Source of the DNA: Vitrella brassicaformis CCMP3155
Lineage: Eukaryota > Protista > Chromerida
DNA: 64,000 bases
Assembly (NCBI GenBank): GCA_001179505.1
Contig: CDMY01000200.1
Span: forward strand, 62,001 to 126,000
Direction of reading: 5' to 3'
Shown: piece after piece, positions 47,612-62,306 of the stretch
Position numbering within the stretch: the stretch's first letter is position 1
How the letters are laid out: the number at the start of each line of letters is the position of its first letter
Position numbers and translations under genes: made by a program
The notes under the pieces: model-generated
The model's database searches: none
Seen by the model: the letters and a program-made list of their open reading frames with translations, nothing else
What the model was told of the DNA's origin: nothing

Positions 47612-48910
47612 TCATCTGAGGCTTGAAGTGCTGGATGATGCGATGCTCGACGACGTGGACGACTCAGCCTCGTCGGCAGCGGCCTTATCAAGCAACAGTG
47701 ACGCCTGGTGTCTTCCTCGCCTGCTGCTGCTGTTGCTGCTGGTGGTGAGGGAGTATATGGTGTAGGAGTACAGGAGGGCCCCACACGTCGACACAACAAT
47801 GCCTGGACAAGAAGACATTAGGACAAGAGACACGAGGGGAGGGACGGGGCGAACCCACCTGATGTAAAGGAGGGCGTGAGAGCGATGTCTGGGAAAAGCA
47901 TCACGCCAAGCACATCACATATGGTGTTCTTGAAGTTGCTGAGGGTCACATGCAGCACACAGAGAGCAAAAAAGAGTCAAAAAATAGAGCAATCCTCCTC
48001 TCGTCCCCCACCTGCACACTCCCACAGTCATGGCGCTGGTATGATTTGTCGCCATGAAGTGGAAGTAATTCAGCGTCGCTGCCAGCACGGAGTTGACAGC
48101 CGCACATGTCAGGAAGAACGGGGACGTCAGGTCTTTGTAGCTCATGACCGTCTCGTATTCCCCAGCCAGCAGCACCCACACGCCGAGGTAGAAAGACATC
48201 CCGCACGACTGGTAGAAGAGGAGGCTCCACTCATTGTCATGGCCCCTCGAGAGCTCACGCTTGCTGATGACGCTGTACCACGATCCCGAGATCACACCCA
48301 TCAGAATCAAGGTCACGCCAATGGCCGAGAAGAACATGTCTCCCCTGCAATAGACGGATGGAGACAGCAGATTCTTCTTGCGGCGGCCTTTTTTTCCTTT
48401 GTGGCCCACCAGGCTGCCAGCAGTGCCCCAGCGGTCATGATGACGGCAGCAAAGACCACGCCCCAGGAAGGAATGCGGCCGAAGACCCAATACTCACAGG
48501 GCATGGTGAAGAGGCAACTCAGACGAAGAAGGGCTGAATGCATCGGCACATTCAAGTATCTGACCATAGTAACAAGTAGACGTCTTTGCACACTTCAGGT
48601 GCCACGATTCTTACTTGAGTGACGACAGTCCACAGAAAATGCGCAGCACGCTTATGAGCGACATTTCCATGAGCTGCCACTGCCGATGAAGCGTCAAGGG
48701 GGGAAGAGTTATCCACCCCAGCCAGCCGAACCGCCGAACAACCACAGCAGTGAGGAGCTGCTGGGCCAGACAAAGCGCTCCCGCCGCATGGAAGTGAGCC
48801 GTTGAGAAAATGGCCTTGTTGAAGGTCGTCTGCACATCAAACATTACTGCATTCATTCATCCCTGAACAGGACACACAGACACGACGATGAATGGCCCCA
48901 TGTCTCCCCT

Positions 48911-48945
<35 letters not shown>

Positions 48946-49193
48946 CGTAAGTACCTGATGCAGATTGTGCGTGCACGCATAGCTCCACCCAATGCAATGC
49001 GTGCACGCACCAGGCCAACGGAGGTCGCCATGTACGCGGCACAAGCGCCACACGCCGGCCCGACATGCCGGAACTCCTCTGGGTGGGTCGGGGGAGGCCC
49101 TCTTCGTGCAGCTGCGCCCTGCCTCACATGGGCACTCTGCACACATTGGCAGCACTGCATGCATAGTGGCTCTTTCTGTCCTCTGCATTGCAA
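47612..49193 (-). CDS. Nucleotide-sugar transporter (SLC35D/TPT-like)
   Basis: FNKAIFS..HF, LNVPMHSALLRLSCLFTMPCEYWVFGR, LNYFHFMATNHTSAMTVGV and GIVVSTCGALLYSY motifs, with multiple TM segments. The start is uncertain. Confidence 0.8.
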
Positions 49194-49408
49194 AATGGGC
49201 GCACCTTGCGGATGTCGTGGAGGAACCCCACATCGCTCGCCAGCAGGGGCGACCCTTCGAAACGAGGTCTACGAGCAGCCGTGTTCATCCCGCTCATCCT
49301 TTCAGAACCCTTTTGTGTTTACGACAGCGAGCTTTTTGACAATCCCTCCCTGGTTTCTCCCCAAGGGGGCTGTGCTTTGTCTGGGTAGATCTGCCACATT
49401 GACTTAAG

Positions 49409-51044
49409 ATGGAGCCCATCACGCTGGACGAGAACATCTGTTACTATGTGCTCATCCCCATCTTCATCGTCTGCATCATGGTCTCATTCCTCCGGCAGAA
49501 GATCCTCGTCGTCCTCAAAAGCGACACCAAAGTCGACCTCAAGGAAGTCAAAAACTCGTGAGCACACACACTCACCAACGCACCCACAAGAAGCAGCAGA
49601 GATCTCTCTCTCCTTGTGATGATGACGATGTGACACTGATGGTTGATGCTGCAGGCAGCTGCTGACACGTGCGAAGGTGCTGCGTGTCAATGCCGACTTT
49701 CTGCCAGAGAAGGCGTTCCGCTCGCGGAAGGCCTTCTTCAACAAGAAGGACACGGGCGCCTTCTGGAACCCACCTGACACACCAAACCCCCTGCAAGCTA
49801 TGGCCACACAAGGTGGGGGCGGATGAGATGAGACCAGCAGATAAGGCAAGGCCTGTAGTGTGGGTGTGGTTGCGGTTGTGGTTGTGGTTGTGGTTGTGGT
49901 GTGTGGTCAGATCCGACTCAGGTAATGGGCATGCTCAAGTCGCAGATGGCGTTTGTCATCCTCAACGGCGGGCTGGCCTACTGGGTCCACTTCCTCTTCT
50001 CGGGCTTCCTCGTCGGTAAGCTCCCTGCCTACCAGGTTGAACCAACAGAGAGAGAGAGAGAGAGAGAGATGGCCTGTAGTGCTGGACATGTCTGTCTGAG
50101 AGCTGCCTTATGTATGCTGTGGTGTGGTGTGGTGTGGTGTGTGTCGTGTCGTGTCGTGTCGGGTGGGCACACAGCCAAGGCGCCGTTCCCCCTGACCTAC
50201 AAGTTCAAGTTTATGCTGCAGCGGGGGGTGGACCTCAGCTCCCTTGACGTCACATACGTCTCCTCACTCTCATGGTCAGTCAGTCAGTTGGTTAGGTGCG
50301 GTGGCAGACAGACAGAGAGACGGAGAGAGCTGAGGAGGGACACTGTTGACTGACAGCTGCATGCCGTCTGTTGCCGGCCGGGCCGGTGTGGTCATCACTC
50401 ACATCAATCGATCAGGTACTTCTTCATCTTGTTTGCGTCGGGTGGGATCGTCTCGCTGCTGCTGAATCTGCGCGGCGCACGTAAGACAGGCAGGCAGTCG
50501 AACGTTCAACAGAAGGCGACTCGACTCACCATCATCTGTCTGTCTGTCTCGATGCGTGTGTGCGTGTGTGTGTGGCTGTGATGTGCACTGCAGCGCAGCA
50601 CGAGCAGGAGGCGCAGGACATCCAGGCGATGGACATGATCAACCCAATGATGGGCGGCATGGCCGGACCAAGTGAGCCGAGCTGAGCTGAGCTGAGCCGA
50701 GCCAGGCCAGCAGCATCAATCCCTCTCGTATGTGTGTGACATCCCGGTGTTGTGTTGTGTTGTGGGTGGTGTGTGTGTTCAGCTGCGATGCCTGGTATGC
50801 CAGGCTCCCAGCCTGACTTGAAGAAGGTCTATCAGCAGGAGAGAGACAACCTAGACATCGTGGTACGGTCGGTCAGCAACTCCACCCAGCCAGCCCAGCC
50901 ACACTCATATACACTTTTCACGCCAGCACGAGTGCAGTGTGTGGCTGTCTGTGGTCGGTATGTATGTGTCAGTCTCACGACTTTGCCTTGGCGACTGTCG
51001 AGCAGAGGCTGGTACAAAAGTGGACCAAGCAGAAGCAGCACTGA
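49409..51044 (+). CDS. EMC3: ER membrane protein complex subunit 3
   Basis: [21 protein letters not shown]; FRSRKAFF; [10 protein letters not shown]|[34 protein letters not shown]|YF; [14 protein letters not shown]. Confidence 0.93.
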
Positions 51045-51598
51045 TGCGATGCGTGTGAAGAGAGGTGTCGCTGGCTGGTGACAGTGTGACTGACGATTAA
51101 ATGAATGGCCGGCCTTTAGTCGGATGAAGAGAGCTTACTTAGGCACACACACACACAGGAAGGTACTAGGTGTCAGGGTCTATACAAGAGTCACACACCA
51201 CACCACACCACACACCATCCTCGCACACACAACACACGTCACACCAGGCACACCCACCCAGATAGATCGAATGGGCCGGGTGAAAAATCATCTCATCAAC
51301 AGCCAGCACCATGTCCATGTCCAACCATCGACGGCGTTAAAGCAACCATCGTCTCGTACCAACCCATACCAATAAAGCATTAAAATCCGTCCAGCCGTCC
51401 AGCCGTCCATCCATCCATCCATCTCTGCCTCTGATCGATCGCTTCATTGTCAGACCGCATCGGCCAGCCATTCATCCAACGCACCAGCTCCCAGCTCGTC
51501 TGCGTTCCTTATGCCGTAAGGAAGAGACGGAGGAGGCCACGAAAAACCCAGCAGCATCTCACGCGGCAAAAATGCGGTTTGGGGACCCGCCTGCCGCG

Positions 51599-54500
51599 CT
51601 ATGTGTTGACTCCTACTGGTGCAGGCGATGCCTGTGCCTGTGTGCCGTTGGGCTGCTGCTGCTGCTGCTGGGAGGACTCTAGCTCTGCTGATGCGTGGGT
51701 GGGGGACGAGGGGGAAAGGTGGGAGGGGTCTTCTGATGGTGCTGGTGATGGTGCCGGGGGTCTTCTCAGTGACGGGGGCGGTGATGGCGCGGGTGAGCCG
51801 TTGACCGAGGTGAACCGCTTCAGCGTCTCCTGAGGTATCGACAGATACCTGCACACACACGCGCACACACACACACACACAGACACACGTGTCGATGGGC
51901 CGGGCCGTGTTGATGGTTTGATTGACCTTGCAAGCGTTGTCAGTTTCCGTTGCCGCTCGTCAGCCTCTGCCGGCGTGAAGGGCTTCAGCGCATATGACGA
52001 CAACTGACACACACACACACAAGAGGGCATGCATCCCATTCACCAGATTTACTGCCCTCCCTCTCACTCACCAATTGGAATCTCTCTGCGTAGTCCCCAA
52101 TGGCAGCGCCGGTCTCGTTGATGAGCGGCGTGATCTCCTCCTCGACGAGCAGCGGCGCCCAGGTGAAGAACTTGTCGAGGGCCGCCATGGCGTCCTTCCG
52201 CCTGTCGGACTTGATGCTCGTGCCCGCCTCACGCCATGACCACAACACCCTGCGAGATAATAATGAGATCATGCACAGCACACGTGTGTTCGGTGGTGGA
52301 CGGGGTGCGGCCGACTGACTTGTCTTTGACGGCTTGTTCGACTAATCGTGAGGCCTCCTCGTTGTCGAGACCTGGTGGATTGGGGGGAGGGAGAGTGCGG
52401 CGCGCATCAATCAAGCGTCTGTCTGTCTGCCTGTCTGTGTGGGTGTCTGTGTGGGTGTGGGTGGCTTGTGAGCGTACCCAGCTGTTCCTGCACGTCGGTG
52501 AGGTATTCCCTGCACGACTCGTCCAGAGTCCCATCGGCGGTCGGCTCCAGGATGTCCGATACCTCAGCACTGCACACACACACACACACACACATCAGTG
52601 GACGCACCCCATCCCCACCCCCATCACGGCCTCCCTCACTTGAAGTATCTTGTCCTGTCGCTGTCGTCGATCTCCAGGGTGTCGACGAGGTCCAGCCCCA
52701 GCCCGATGGCGCACTCCCGCAGCCGCCGCACGGCAGCGCCCGTCACGCCCTGCCCCACCGAGGTCTCCTGCTCGGCCTTGAGACGCGCGATCTTGACCTC
52801 CAGGATGTACCGCTGGACGTCGTCGTCTGACATGCGGAAGTCATCCTGATGCACACACACACACACACGCACACACAGAGGAAGAGCGACTGTGGGTGTT
52901 GGAGGGAGGGAGGGAGGGGGGGAGGGTGCGTGCGTGCCTTGAGTTGGTTGACGGCCCCCATGTCTGACGCTTCGAGAGCGAACTTGCCCTTGAAGACGTC
53001 GTCCAGGAAACGCCGCAAGATCTTGCCGCCTGAATGACATGACCCACAACACACAACAGACACACACACACACAACACATAAGCCAGCAGCCAGAGAGAA
53101 GGATGCCTTGGCGTACCGATTTCCGCTGACTTGGCCCGCAGCACCGGTCCGGTGAAGCCCACAATGGCGCCGAGCTTGGGCGCCACTTGCAGATGCCGAT
53201 CGCGCTTGGGACCAGCTGCCACACACAGAGACAGACACACACACAAGACAGAGAAAGGGGATGGGTCATTGGTCGGTCGGTCGATCGGCTGGTCGCTCTT
53301 TTTCTGGCTTACGCTCTTCAGTGAAGGCCCTGATGATGTACTGCTCGAAGAACTCGCTCAGTGTCTCGGGCTTGGCCAAACCGCTGCAGTCGAAGGCGAG
53401 TCTGTAGTCGGGCCACCGCTCGCCCTCGATGGGGATCTCCTCGATGAGATTGTTGTCCTCAAAGAAGGCCACGAAGTTGGTCGCCTCGTCCATGAAGTTG
53501 CCCTCCGACTCAAACCCTGCACCCACCCACACATCGCCCACAGACACACACACACAAGGGAGTGGCGTCGCGTGTGTGTCTGTGAAGGTCTGTCTGCTTG
53601 TCGTGCGTGCCTAGAGTGCCGGCGCCTCCCGAGCTGAGGACGAAGGGGTCCTCTCCCGTGTCCCTCTTGTAACGCCGATCGAGGTCTTTCCTGCATGGCA
53701 TAAGCGGAAATGGCGGCGTGTTTGTAACACATTCATGTGGCGTGGTTGTGTGACCTGCCTACCTGGACAGGGTGGCCTTGGCGAGCTCGTACTCGAGTGC
53801 GGGGACGAAGTTCGCCCCAAGGTACTCCCGCATGCCGTCAAAGGTGTACCGCAGCGCAGTGTCCTGCATACACACACAAACCACACACACATCCCCCTAT
53901 CCCATTCCATCCCATCCACCCCTCGAGCTTTCTCTGTTCCTCCCTCACCGGCTTGATGAAGAGCCACCGTCTCAAGGTCTCCAGCTCCCGCTTGACATAG
54001 TCGGTCATCAGCCCCGTCACCCCCAGTCCCTCCCTGACAGCCTGGATGAAGGGCGCCTTGCCGTACCGCTCGTTCAGGTGGTTGATCTGCGCCTGCCGCA
54101 GCCCCAGGGCGGCCCGCGTCTTGAGGAGGTCGGAGCGCTCGGCTGGCGTGGGGATGCGGCCGCCCTTGGTGAGGGTCTTGAGCTTAAAGGTGTAGATCTC
54201 GGTGGCGATGGAGGTGTAGTCCTGGGTGGCCAGCTGATACTTGGACAGCACGGCCGCCATTGACGATGCACTGACAGATACAGAACAGAGAGAGATACAG
54301 ACAGAGAGAGAGATGCGCCTGTGTTGGTGTGTGCTGGGAGGGGTTGGTTCGGTTACGTGGTTGCTGCATGCTGGTCTGCGCGCGTGACGTTCCAGGTGCC
54401 CTCGGGTGCCTTGTCGATGTTGTCCTGCAGCCGGGAGCGCACCTCGTCGAGGCACAGCTCCTTGCGCATCGCCTCCACGTCGGACGCTCTGTTGCCCGTC

Positions 54501-57373
54501 AGGTTGCCCCACATCACCAGATCGCTGTTCAGGTCGCTGCTGTAGGTCTGCACCAAGGCAATCGATCGATGGATGGATGGATCTGTTGTGTGTGGCGGGG
54601 GGAGGGGCTGGGGGGGTACCTGGTGTGTGGTGATGTATTCCTGTGCGACGTATCTGGCGAGGTCGAGGGCGTTCACGGAGTTGGCGCCCTCCCCGCTGAT
54701 GGGATTGCGGACAAAACTGACCACACACAGACAGACACACAGAGAGCGAGAGAGTATGCCCCGGAGGACGCACCTCTCCACGCCATGCTCACTCACTCGT
54801 ATTTGATTTTGTCGTGGAAAGCGTCCCGATCGACCACATTGATGGCATCGGCAAGGGCACCCACACTCTGGTATAACCACACACACACAGAGAGAGACAG
54901 AGAGAGATGCACACAACACAAGACAAGACAAGCATAGCGTTGTGTCTTTCTGTCTTTGCAGACCTGGTGGAACTCCAGGAGTCGGTAGACGAGCTCGACG
55001 GCGATGGCCGTGTTGCCCACCTCGAAGGAACGAACAGCCTCCTGCACACCACACCACCACACAGGCACGCACACAACCAGGGTGTCGCAGGATGATAATG
55101 GGGGCTGGATGAAGACCCACACACAAGGGGCTGCCTGGCTGGGTGGTTGTCTGGGGTGGCTTGGCTCGGCTTACCGAATAGATCTGGAAGGCCTTTTCGT
55201 TGACCCTGTTCTTCAACTCAACGTCCATCCGCTCGGGCTGGATGCGCGCAGAACTGCGCCGCCATCACACAGACACACACCACACACACAGACAGCTCAG
55301 ACGCCGTCACTTCGGTCTGTCTGTGTGGCAGACTGACCTCTGCAGCTGTTTGGCCCTCAAGCCGACGTCGATGATGGAGGTGGTCCTGTTGCCGTACTCG
55401 TCGAGCAGAGACGTCATCGCACGGCGGAACCGGGGCAGCTGACCGACCCAACCACACACACACACACACGGACACCATCCATACAGGCAGGCATCACATC
55501 TCTGTATCTCTGTGTGGCTCACTCACGCCCTCACTCACTCACCGTGTAGGTCTGGATCTCCTCATTGACCGCATACCGATTCACCCTGACCAACACACAG
55601 ACACACAGACACACACACTCAGAAGAGCACGACAACATCATCACCCCCCCCCCCCCCCCCCCCCCNNNNNNNNNNNNNNNNNNNNNNNNNNNNNNNNNNN
55701 NNNNNNNNNNNNNNNNNNNNNNNNNNNNNNNNNNNNNNNNNNNNNNNNNNNNNNNNNNNNNNNNNNNNNNNNNNNNNNNNNNNNNNNNNNNNNNNNNNNN
55801 NNNNNNNNNNNNNNNNNNNNNNNNNNNNNNNNNNNNNNNNNNNNNNNNNNNNNNNNNNNNNNNNNNNNNNNNNNNNNNNNNNNNNNNNNNNNNNNNNNNN
55901 NNNNNNNNNNNNNNNNNNNNNNNNNNNNNNNNNNNNNNNNNNNNNNNNNNNNNNNNNNNNNNNNNCCCCCCCCCCCCCCCCCCCCGCAACTCCCCTACCC
56001 ACCCCAGGACATCGACAAGCGCGTCGATGAGCTGGTTGTCGTTGTCGGACAGGTCGATGTCGAGCTCGTTCAGCCCCCCAACAGTGTCAGTCGAAGTGGC
56101 CGCCATCGATGCCTCGTACAGCTCCTGGATCGTCGGCTGCTTCTTCTCCTCTTTGTCCTGCTTGGTCCCATCACCGGCAGCAGGGGCAGCAGCAGCCCCG
56201 GCGTACTGCCGCGCGACGATGTTGATGTCGTATTTCTCGATGTCAAGGTCGCGCCGCCTTCTCTCCGTCTCTGTCGACGAGCGGCGGAGGTGCCGAATGT
56301 CGAAGTTGATGATCTGGCTCAGCTGACACACACCACACACCACACACACGGAGAGAGACAGAGAGAGAGAATGGATGGGTCTCCCCTCCCACCACTCACA
56401 CACACACACACCCCCCTTCGGCAGAGCGTACCATGATCTCGAAGTGTTTGTTGTGCGTCTCCTCGATGATCTCGTCGCTCACGCCGAAAGCGGCGATCCA
56501 CTCGCCCAGCTCGTCGCGGAGCCTCTGGACCTTGTCATCTGTGAGGCTGTCCATCGACGGCAGCGGGGTGGTGGGGAACATCTCGTTGAGCACCTGCTCG
56601 TACGCGTCGGTCACCAGGCTCTTAAGACGGGCCTGACCGACCTTCTTCTTTATCTGACAGACAGACAAGTGACAGAGAGAGGCCGATGTGTGTGTGTGTG
56701 TGTGTTGGGGGGCGGGGGGAGGAGCGGAGCGGAGCGTGCCTGCAGGTCGCCGATGGTCTCGTCGACTGAGAACTGGTACATGTCTTTGCCGGCCTTGACC
56801 GAGTCGACGTCGCCCTCGACCTCCTCACTCTTGGCCTGTACACACACACACACAGCCCCGCCACCACAACACACACACACATGTGCAACGTACGTCGCAT
56901 GGCATGGATGAGCGTCTCTCTCTCTCTCTCTCTGTGTGCGTGTGTGTGTGACCAGGTTGTCGAAGAGGCAGTGTGCGAAGAAGATGTACTTGTCGAGGAT
57001 TCTGCCGCCGAAGGTGTTGGTCCCCAGGTGCTCCTCCGACTCGTACTCGACGACGGGAGAGCACAGCCGCCTGACCCTGCTGGATGTCTTGGCCATGATG
57101 TCGAGCAGCCTGTCCTGGTCGATGCCCAGCACGTCCCGCCAGTCGAGGAGCTCCAGCAACTCGCGGCGCATGCTGCCCCTGCACACATAATGGACACATC
57201 GATGGATGGATGGCCGTTGTTTTGTGTGGCGCGGTGCGGTGTGTGGTTTGTTCTGTTGTGTGGTTGCTTACCGTTTGCACATGCAGGCGTATAGGAGGAT
57301 GTCCCTGAAGATCTGGTCGCACAACTCGCGAGTTTGCCTGAACGAAGAAACCGACCGACAAGCCGCACGCACA

Positions 57374-57408
<35 letters not shown>

Positions 57409-59069
57409 GCAATCATGACCCTCATATAGAGGTGTGTGGCGGACAGGCCGCCCACCCCCACACCCACCACACACGCACACCCCAACAGCCCCACCCACTC
57501 ACTCACCGTTTGTTGTAACCCCACCCGCCGCCCACATCCAGCAGCTCCTTCCGCTTGATATCCTTCGGCCCCCGCCGCGCCATCAGCCGAGCCAGGTCAC
57601 GCAAGGCGCGCTCTTCAAACTTATCACCCTCTCTGGTCCACAGCCGCAGCCCCAGCGCACCGGCCGGCAGAGCGAGGAGCAGTCTCCGCTGCAGAGGGCC
57701 CAGGAGTGACTGCAGGGTGGGGACCGACGGCAACAGCCGCGCTATGAGGGCCGGCGTACGGACGGGAGGGATGGCCAGGGCAGCGAGGAACAGGGCGGGG
57801 GTCACAGCTGATGTGTGTCAGACACAGAGAGAGGGAGAGAGGGTGGTACGGTGTGTGTGTGTGTGTGTGTGTGGTTGCTCCCTCACGCACCCTGTACGAG
57901 CAGTTTGAACTGTGCGGGTTTGAGGGGGCTGGAAGAGTTGGTCACCCGAAGCAAGGCCTCATCCACGGCTGCACTCCACCTCCACTGCCCACTGCGTTGC
58001 CGGCGAGGCCTCACAGGGTTGGCCATCTGAAGCAACCAACGCAGCGAAGCCATCTGATGCAGTTCTCGGCTGCTCCCCGCTCCTCTCCTCTCCTCTCCTC
58101 TCCTCTGACCTTTTCCAGAAGGGTCGCATTGGGGGGCTGCAGCAAATCCCTCACTGAGCCACACACACACACACACACACAAACACACAAGATGGGCACC
58201 TCTCTCTGCCCACGGTGAGGTGATCGATCCCCCGCTGTCTGCTCTGCCTTGGTTGCTCACGGAGGAAACGGAACTCGTGCGGCTCAGCGTCGAGGAGGAG
58301 CTTGATTGGCTCGCCTTCGTCGAGCGTCGAGTAGACCTCCAGGTTCTTGCGGATGTTCTCCTCGGTCTTCTCGGCCTGGGCCTCCTTCCGCTGCTCCTTG
58401 ATGTAGTCGAGCGGGCCCTTGTCCTCGGGGGGCGGCGACGGCTTCGCGCCCATCTTGATCAGCTGACATGACAACAGAGAGATGGATGGATGGATGGATG
58501 TGTGTGTGTGTGTGTGTGTGTCCATTCATATGGCTGACCACTTCTTGCTCCGAGTAGGAGTCCCGTGGCCATCCCTCGGGCCACAGGGTGAGGTCCTTGA
58601 TGCCCTTGCTTTCACGCTTGACGCGGTCACGGGCTGCCAACTCTTCCTCCAAGGCTGAACGAACCAACGAACCAACGAACCAACGAGCGAATAAGCCATA
58701 GACAATGCGCCTCCCTGTCTGTCTGTCTGTCTGGTCCGTGCATTCCTTGTCCCTCCCTCCCTGCCTTGCCGCCTGTCTGCCTGCCCACCGACCAGTCTTC
58801 ATCTCGTCCTCGTTCATGAGATCTCCAATGGCCATCCGCACACCCCCAGCACCGACAGCATGCCGCCTCGCCACCACCCTCCTCTGTGCATGCCGCACCC
58901 TCAGCGGCGCCACCAGAGGCGCGAACGCCGACGCACGGTGCCTCGTTGGTGTCAGCTGCAGTGCCGCTGCGAGTGCCAGGCCGCACAGAGCGATGGACAG
59001 TTTGCTCAGCAGCAGGTGGGTCAGACCTGACGCCGACGCCTTCTTCTGTTTGTTGGCGTGAGGTGGCAT
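51599..59069 (-). CDS. TIC110: Large plastid-targeted Tic110-like protein (many exons, spans the assembly gap)
   Basis: Signal plus transit leader (ALCGLALAAALQL...ASAFAPLV), N-proximal hydrophobic segments and a long helical body. The C-terminal DDSDRTRYFK|AEVSDIL...GLDNEEASRLVEQAVKDK|VLWSWREA...DAMAALDKFF parallels the remembered plant Tic110 C-terminus. Confidence 0.6.
55666..55965. other. Assembly gap (300 N) flanked by poly-C, inside an intron
   Basis: Run of n characters with C homopolymers on both sides. Confidence 0.98.
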
Positions 59070-59355
59070 GGTTCATCTGCGATACGCGCGCTGAGTGAGG
59101 GGATAGGGGACGAGGGAAGAAGGGAGGGACAACAGGCGGATGGACCAAGACAAGAGAGCGACGAGCCGGTCTGGGAGATCTTGCACGAGCAGCTATCGGG
59201 AAGGCCTTGCAGTGTCAGCAGGCATCAGGCAGGGCCCAAAACAGCACGAAATCACGCCCCTTTCTGCGCGCTCAGCTCGCAGATTTGCGAGCTTGAGACC
59301 AGGGACAGAAAAGATCTGACAACGTGCACAGCTCAGCGCTCATTCACCAGTCAGG

Positions 59356-62306
59356 ATGGGCAAGAAGAGCCGCAAGTTGGTGTTTCTTGACGTGCTGATC
59401 TCCGGCACTCCCGCCGGCCGCGTCGTCATCGAGCTGTTCAATGACATCACGCCCAAGACGTGCGAGAACTTCAGGTCTCGGGGCGGTCAAGAAGGGCGAG
59501 AGGGATGGATGGGTGGTCTCATGCGTGGCATGCATGTCTGTGTGTGTCTGCGTCTGTGTGTGGGTGTTGATTCAGGTGTCTGTGCACCGGCGAGATGGGC
59601 ACGGGGAAGGCCACCCGCCTCCCGCTCACCTTCAGGGGTGAGTGAGCAAAGCCAGAGCAGAGCAGGGGGCATGGACCTCACGTCACTCGTACGGACGGGT
59701 GTCTCTGACATCCCGGGGGGCTCCACATGTAAGTACGTGGTGTGGTGTGCGGTGTCCCGTTCCTTGCGCAGGGAGTCCCTTCCACCGCGTCATCAAGGGT
59801 TTCATGATGCAGGGCGGGGACTTCCAGAACAAAAACGGCACCGGCGGCGAGAGCATCTACGGCGGCAAGTTCCCGGATGAGAACTTCAAGGCCAACCACG
59901 ACAAACGAGGCCTACTCAGCATGGCCAATGCAGGTACCTAGGTGAAACGTGGCGGGGGTGGACGAGTGGACGAGTGGATGAGGAAGATGTGTGTGTGCGT
60001 GTGTGTGTGTGCGTGTGGTTCCACCGCTGTCTGTCGATATATCAGGTCCTGGCACCAACGGCAGCCAGTTCTTCATTACCTTCGCCCCGTGCCCCCATCT
60101 CGACGGGAAGCACGTGGTCTTCGGCCGCGTTGTGGATGGCTTCGACGTGCTAGACGCCGTGGAGCAGATACCCCCAGAGGCAGGCAGCAAAGACAAGTAA
60201 GTGACCAGCAGACCGACAGGCAGACACGACACCAGCCCACATACAGTCTCCATGCGCAAACTCTGTCTCTCTCTGGCAACTCACCAGGCCAAGCGAGCCC
60301 ATTATCATTCGCAAGTGTGGCGAGCTGGTCCTCAACCCCGATACAGCACCGGCAGCAGCACCGGCAGCAGCAGCAGCAGCAGCGGCCGTGCAGCAGCCAG
60401 AAGAGCAGCCAGAAGAGGCCGACCGCCGCTCCCCCCGCACCAAACCCGACAAGAAGAAGAACAAGAAGAAGCGCAAGAAGACCAAAGAAGAGTCAGACGA
60501 GAGTGAGTCCAGCAGTGACGAGAGCAGCAGCAGCAGCAGCGAGTCGTCGTCCGACGAGTCTTCTTCATCCGAGTCCTCCTCGTCGAGTGAGGAGGAGCGT
60601 CGCCGGAGGCGCAGGAAGCGCAAGGCTAGGGGGAAGAAGAGGCGGCGCAAGGACAAGGACAAGGAGAACGAGGAGAAGGACAAGAAGAAGAAGCACAAGC
60701 GGGGCAAGAAGGACAAGGACGACAAGGACGCCATGGCCGAGGATGACCTACCGGACAACAAGCACGTCGAGGAGCCCGCAGACCAGAAGGACAACAAGGA
60801 GCAGGAGGAGCCCGCCGTCAAGCCAGTGGAGATCATACACAAAGGCCGCACCCTCAAAGGCCGGGTCAGCTCGGCCGTGGCTAAGCCCACCCATACACAC
60901 ACACACAGCGACGGACGGCAACATGGCATTCCTCATTGCATTGCATGCCTTCTCAGGGTCACACTGTCTTCAGGAGCAGCCGCTTCGACCCGATCGAGGC
61001 ACCAGTCGACCCCTGGAAGGCCACAGACTGCCCCTACGACGACAGAGGCCGCAAACGACGCCCACCGCCACCAGTCGACAAAGCGGCCAAAGACAGTGCC
61101 GCCCACCCCCCTCCCGACCGAGAGCAGCCCCAGGTTCCTCCGCCCCACTCGGCCGCCGAGCGCCGTGACCACTACTACAGTGCCACATCTCGTGCTGAGC
61201 GTGAGGAGGATGTGCCCATGTACCCTCTGTATGGCGATGAGGAGGAGAGGGGCCGCAAGCGCGCCAGGCCCCGCCAGCAGATGACGGCGGACCGCTGGGG
61301 TGGTGGGCCCTCTCGCGAGGGCGAGGACACCACCGAGCAGATCCGGTTGCACGCCAAGGCCTCGGTCAAGAATGTCCTCGACCAGCACCCGGAGAGGGAG
61401 GGCGACAAGCGGGGGCCTGACGATCGGCCGAGAGAACCGCGACGCCAGGAGCGAGACGACCGTAGGGATGATGATCGGCGGGGCCCCTACGACCGCCCGC
61501 CGCCACGAGACGACAGGGGCCGTGACGTCGACTGGCGCGATAGGCGTGGCGGCTATGGGTCTCGACGTGACGACAGAGATCGCGAGTGGTATCGTGAGAG
61601 GCGCGAGGAGAGGGGGGACATGCGGCGTGGTGGGTATCGTGAGAGGGAGAGGGAGGAGAGGGACCGGCGCGAGAGGGGGCGGTGGATGGACGGGGGGGCT
61701 GACGGTGGAGACCGTCGACATCGAGACGATGAGGTGAGGTAACAACACAGCACACACACAGACGACACAAGAAACCCATTCCATGGACACCCCCTCGTCT
61801 GTCTGTCCCCTGCTCTTTCACGCAGCGTGACCGAGATCGTGAGCAGGACCGTTCTGACAAGGATGGCAGGCGCATACCAGACTATCGAGATCTGGAGGAG
61901 GTGAGGACATCAAGACCCCACTCGAACGAGCAAAGCAGCCAGCTAAGACACCTCCACTGCCTGTCTCTCCCTGCAGGATGATCGTGATCGCGGCCGTGAC
62001 CGACGCGAGGCTGACAGAGACCGCCCCCCAGGGGCTCGCGATGAGGACGACCGACGCACAAGGGACATCCGTCGGCGCGAGAGGGACGGGAGGCAGGAGG
62101 ATGGCGAGCTGAATGACGCCAACTCTAAGAAAGGAGGACAGCGTGATGATGATGGCGATCGCCCTGGTGAGGAGAGGAGCCCTGACAGCGGCGGCGTGAA
62201 GGGCGGCGGGAAGAAAAGGTCTCGATGGGACATGACAGCTCCCCGGAAGGACGACAGGGAGGGAGGGGGGGAGGGGAAGGGGGACAAGGAGTACGTGCCC
62301 GAGTGA
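59356..62306 (+). CDS. Cyclophilin with K/S-rich and R/D-rich tail (PPIG/CYP63-like splicing-associated)
   Basis: VFLDV...[20 protein letters not shown]|CLCTGE...[15 protein letters not shown]...[15 protein letters not shown]...LLSMANAG|[25 protein letters not shown], followed by charged low-complexity exons to YVPE*. Confidence 0.9.

Noticed and set aside
55531-56409. ORFs with poly-G/poly-P and X runs
   Set aside because: They read through the 300-N gap and flanking C homopolymers, so they are artefacts.
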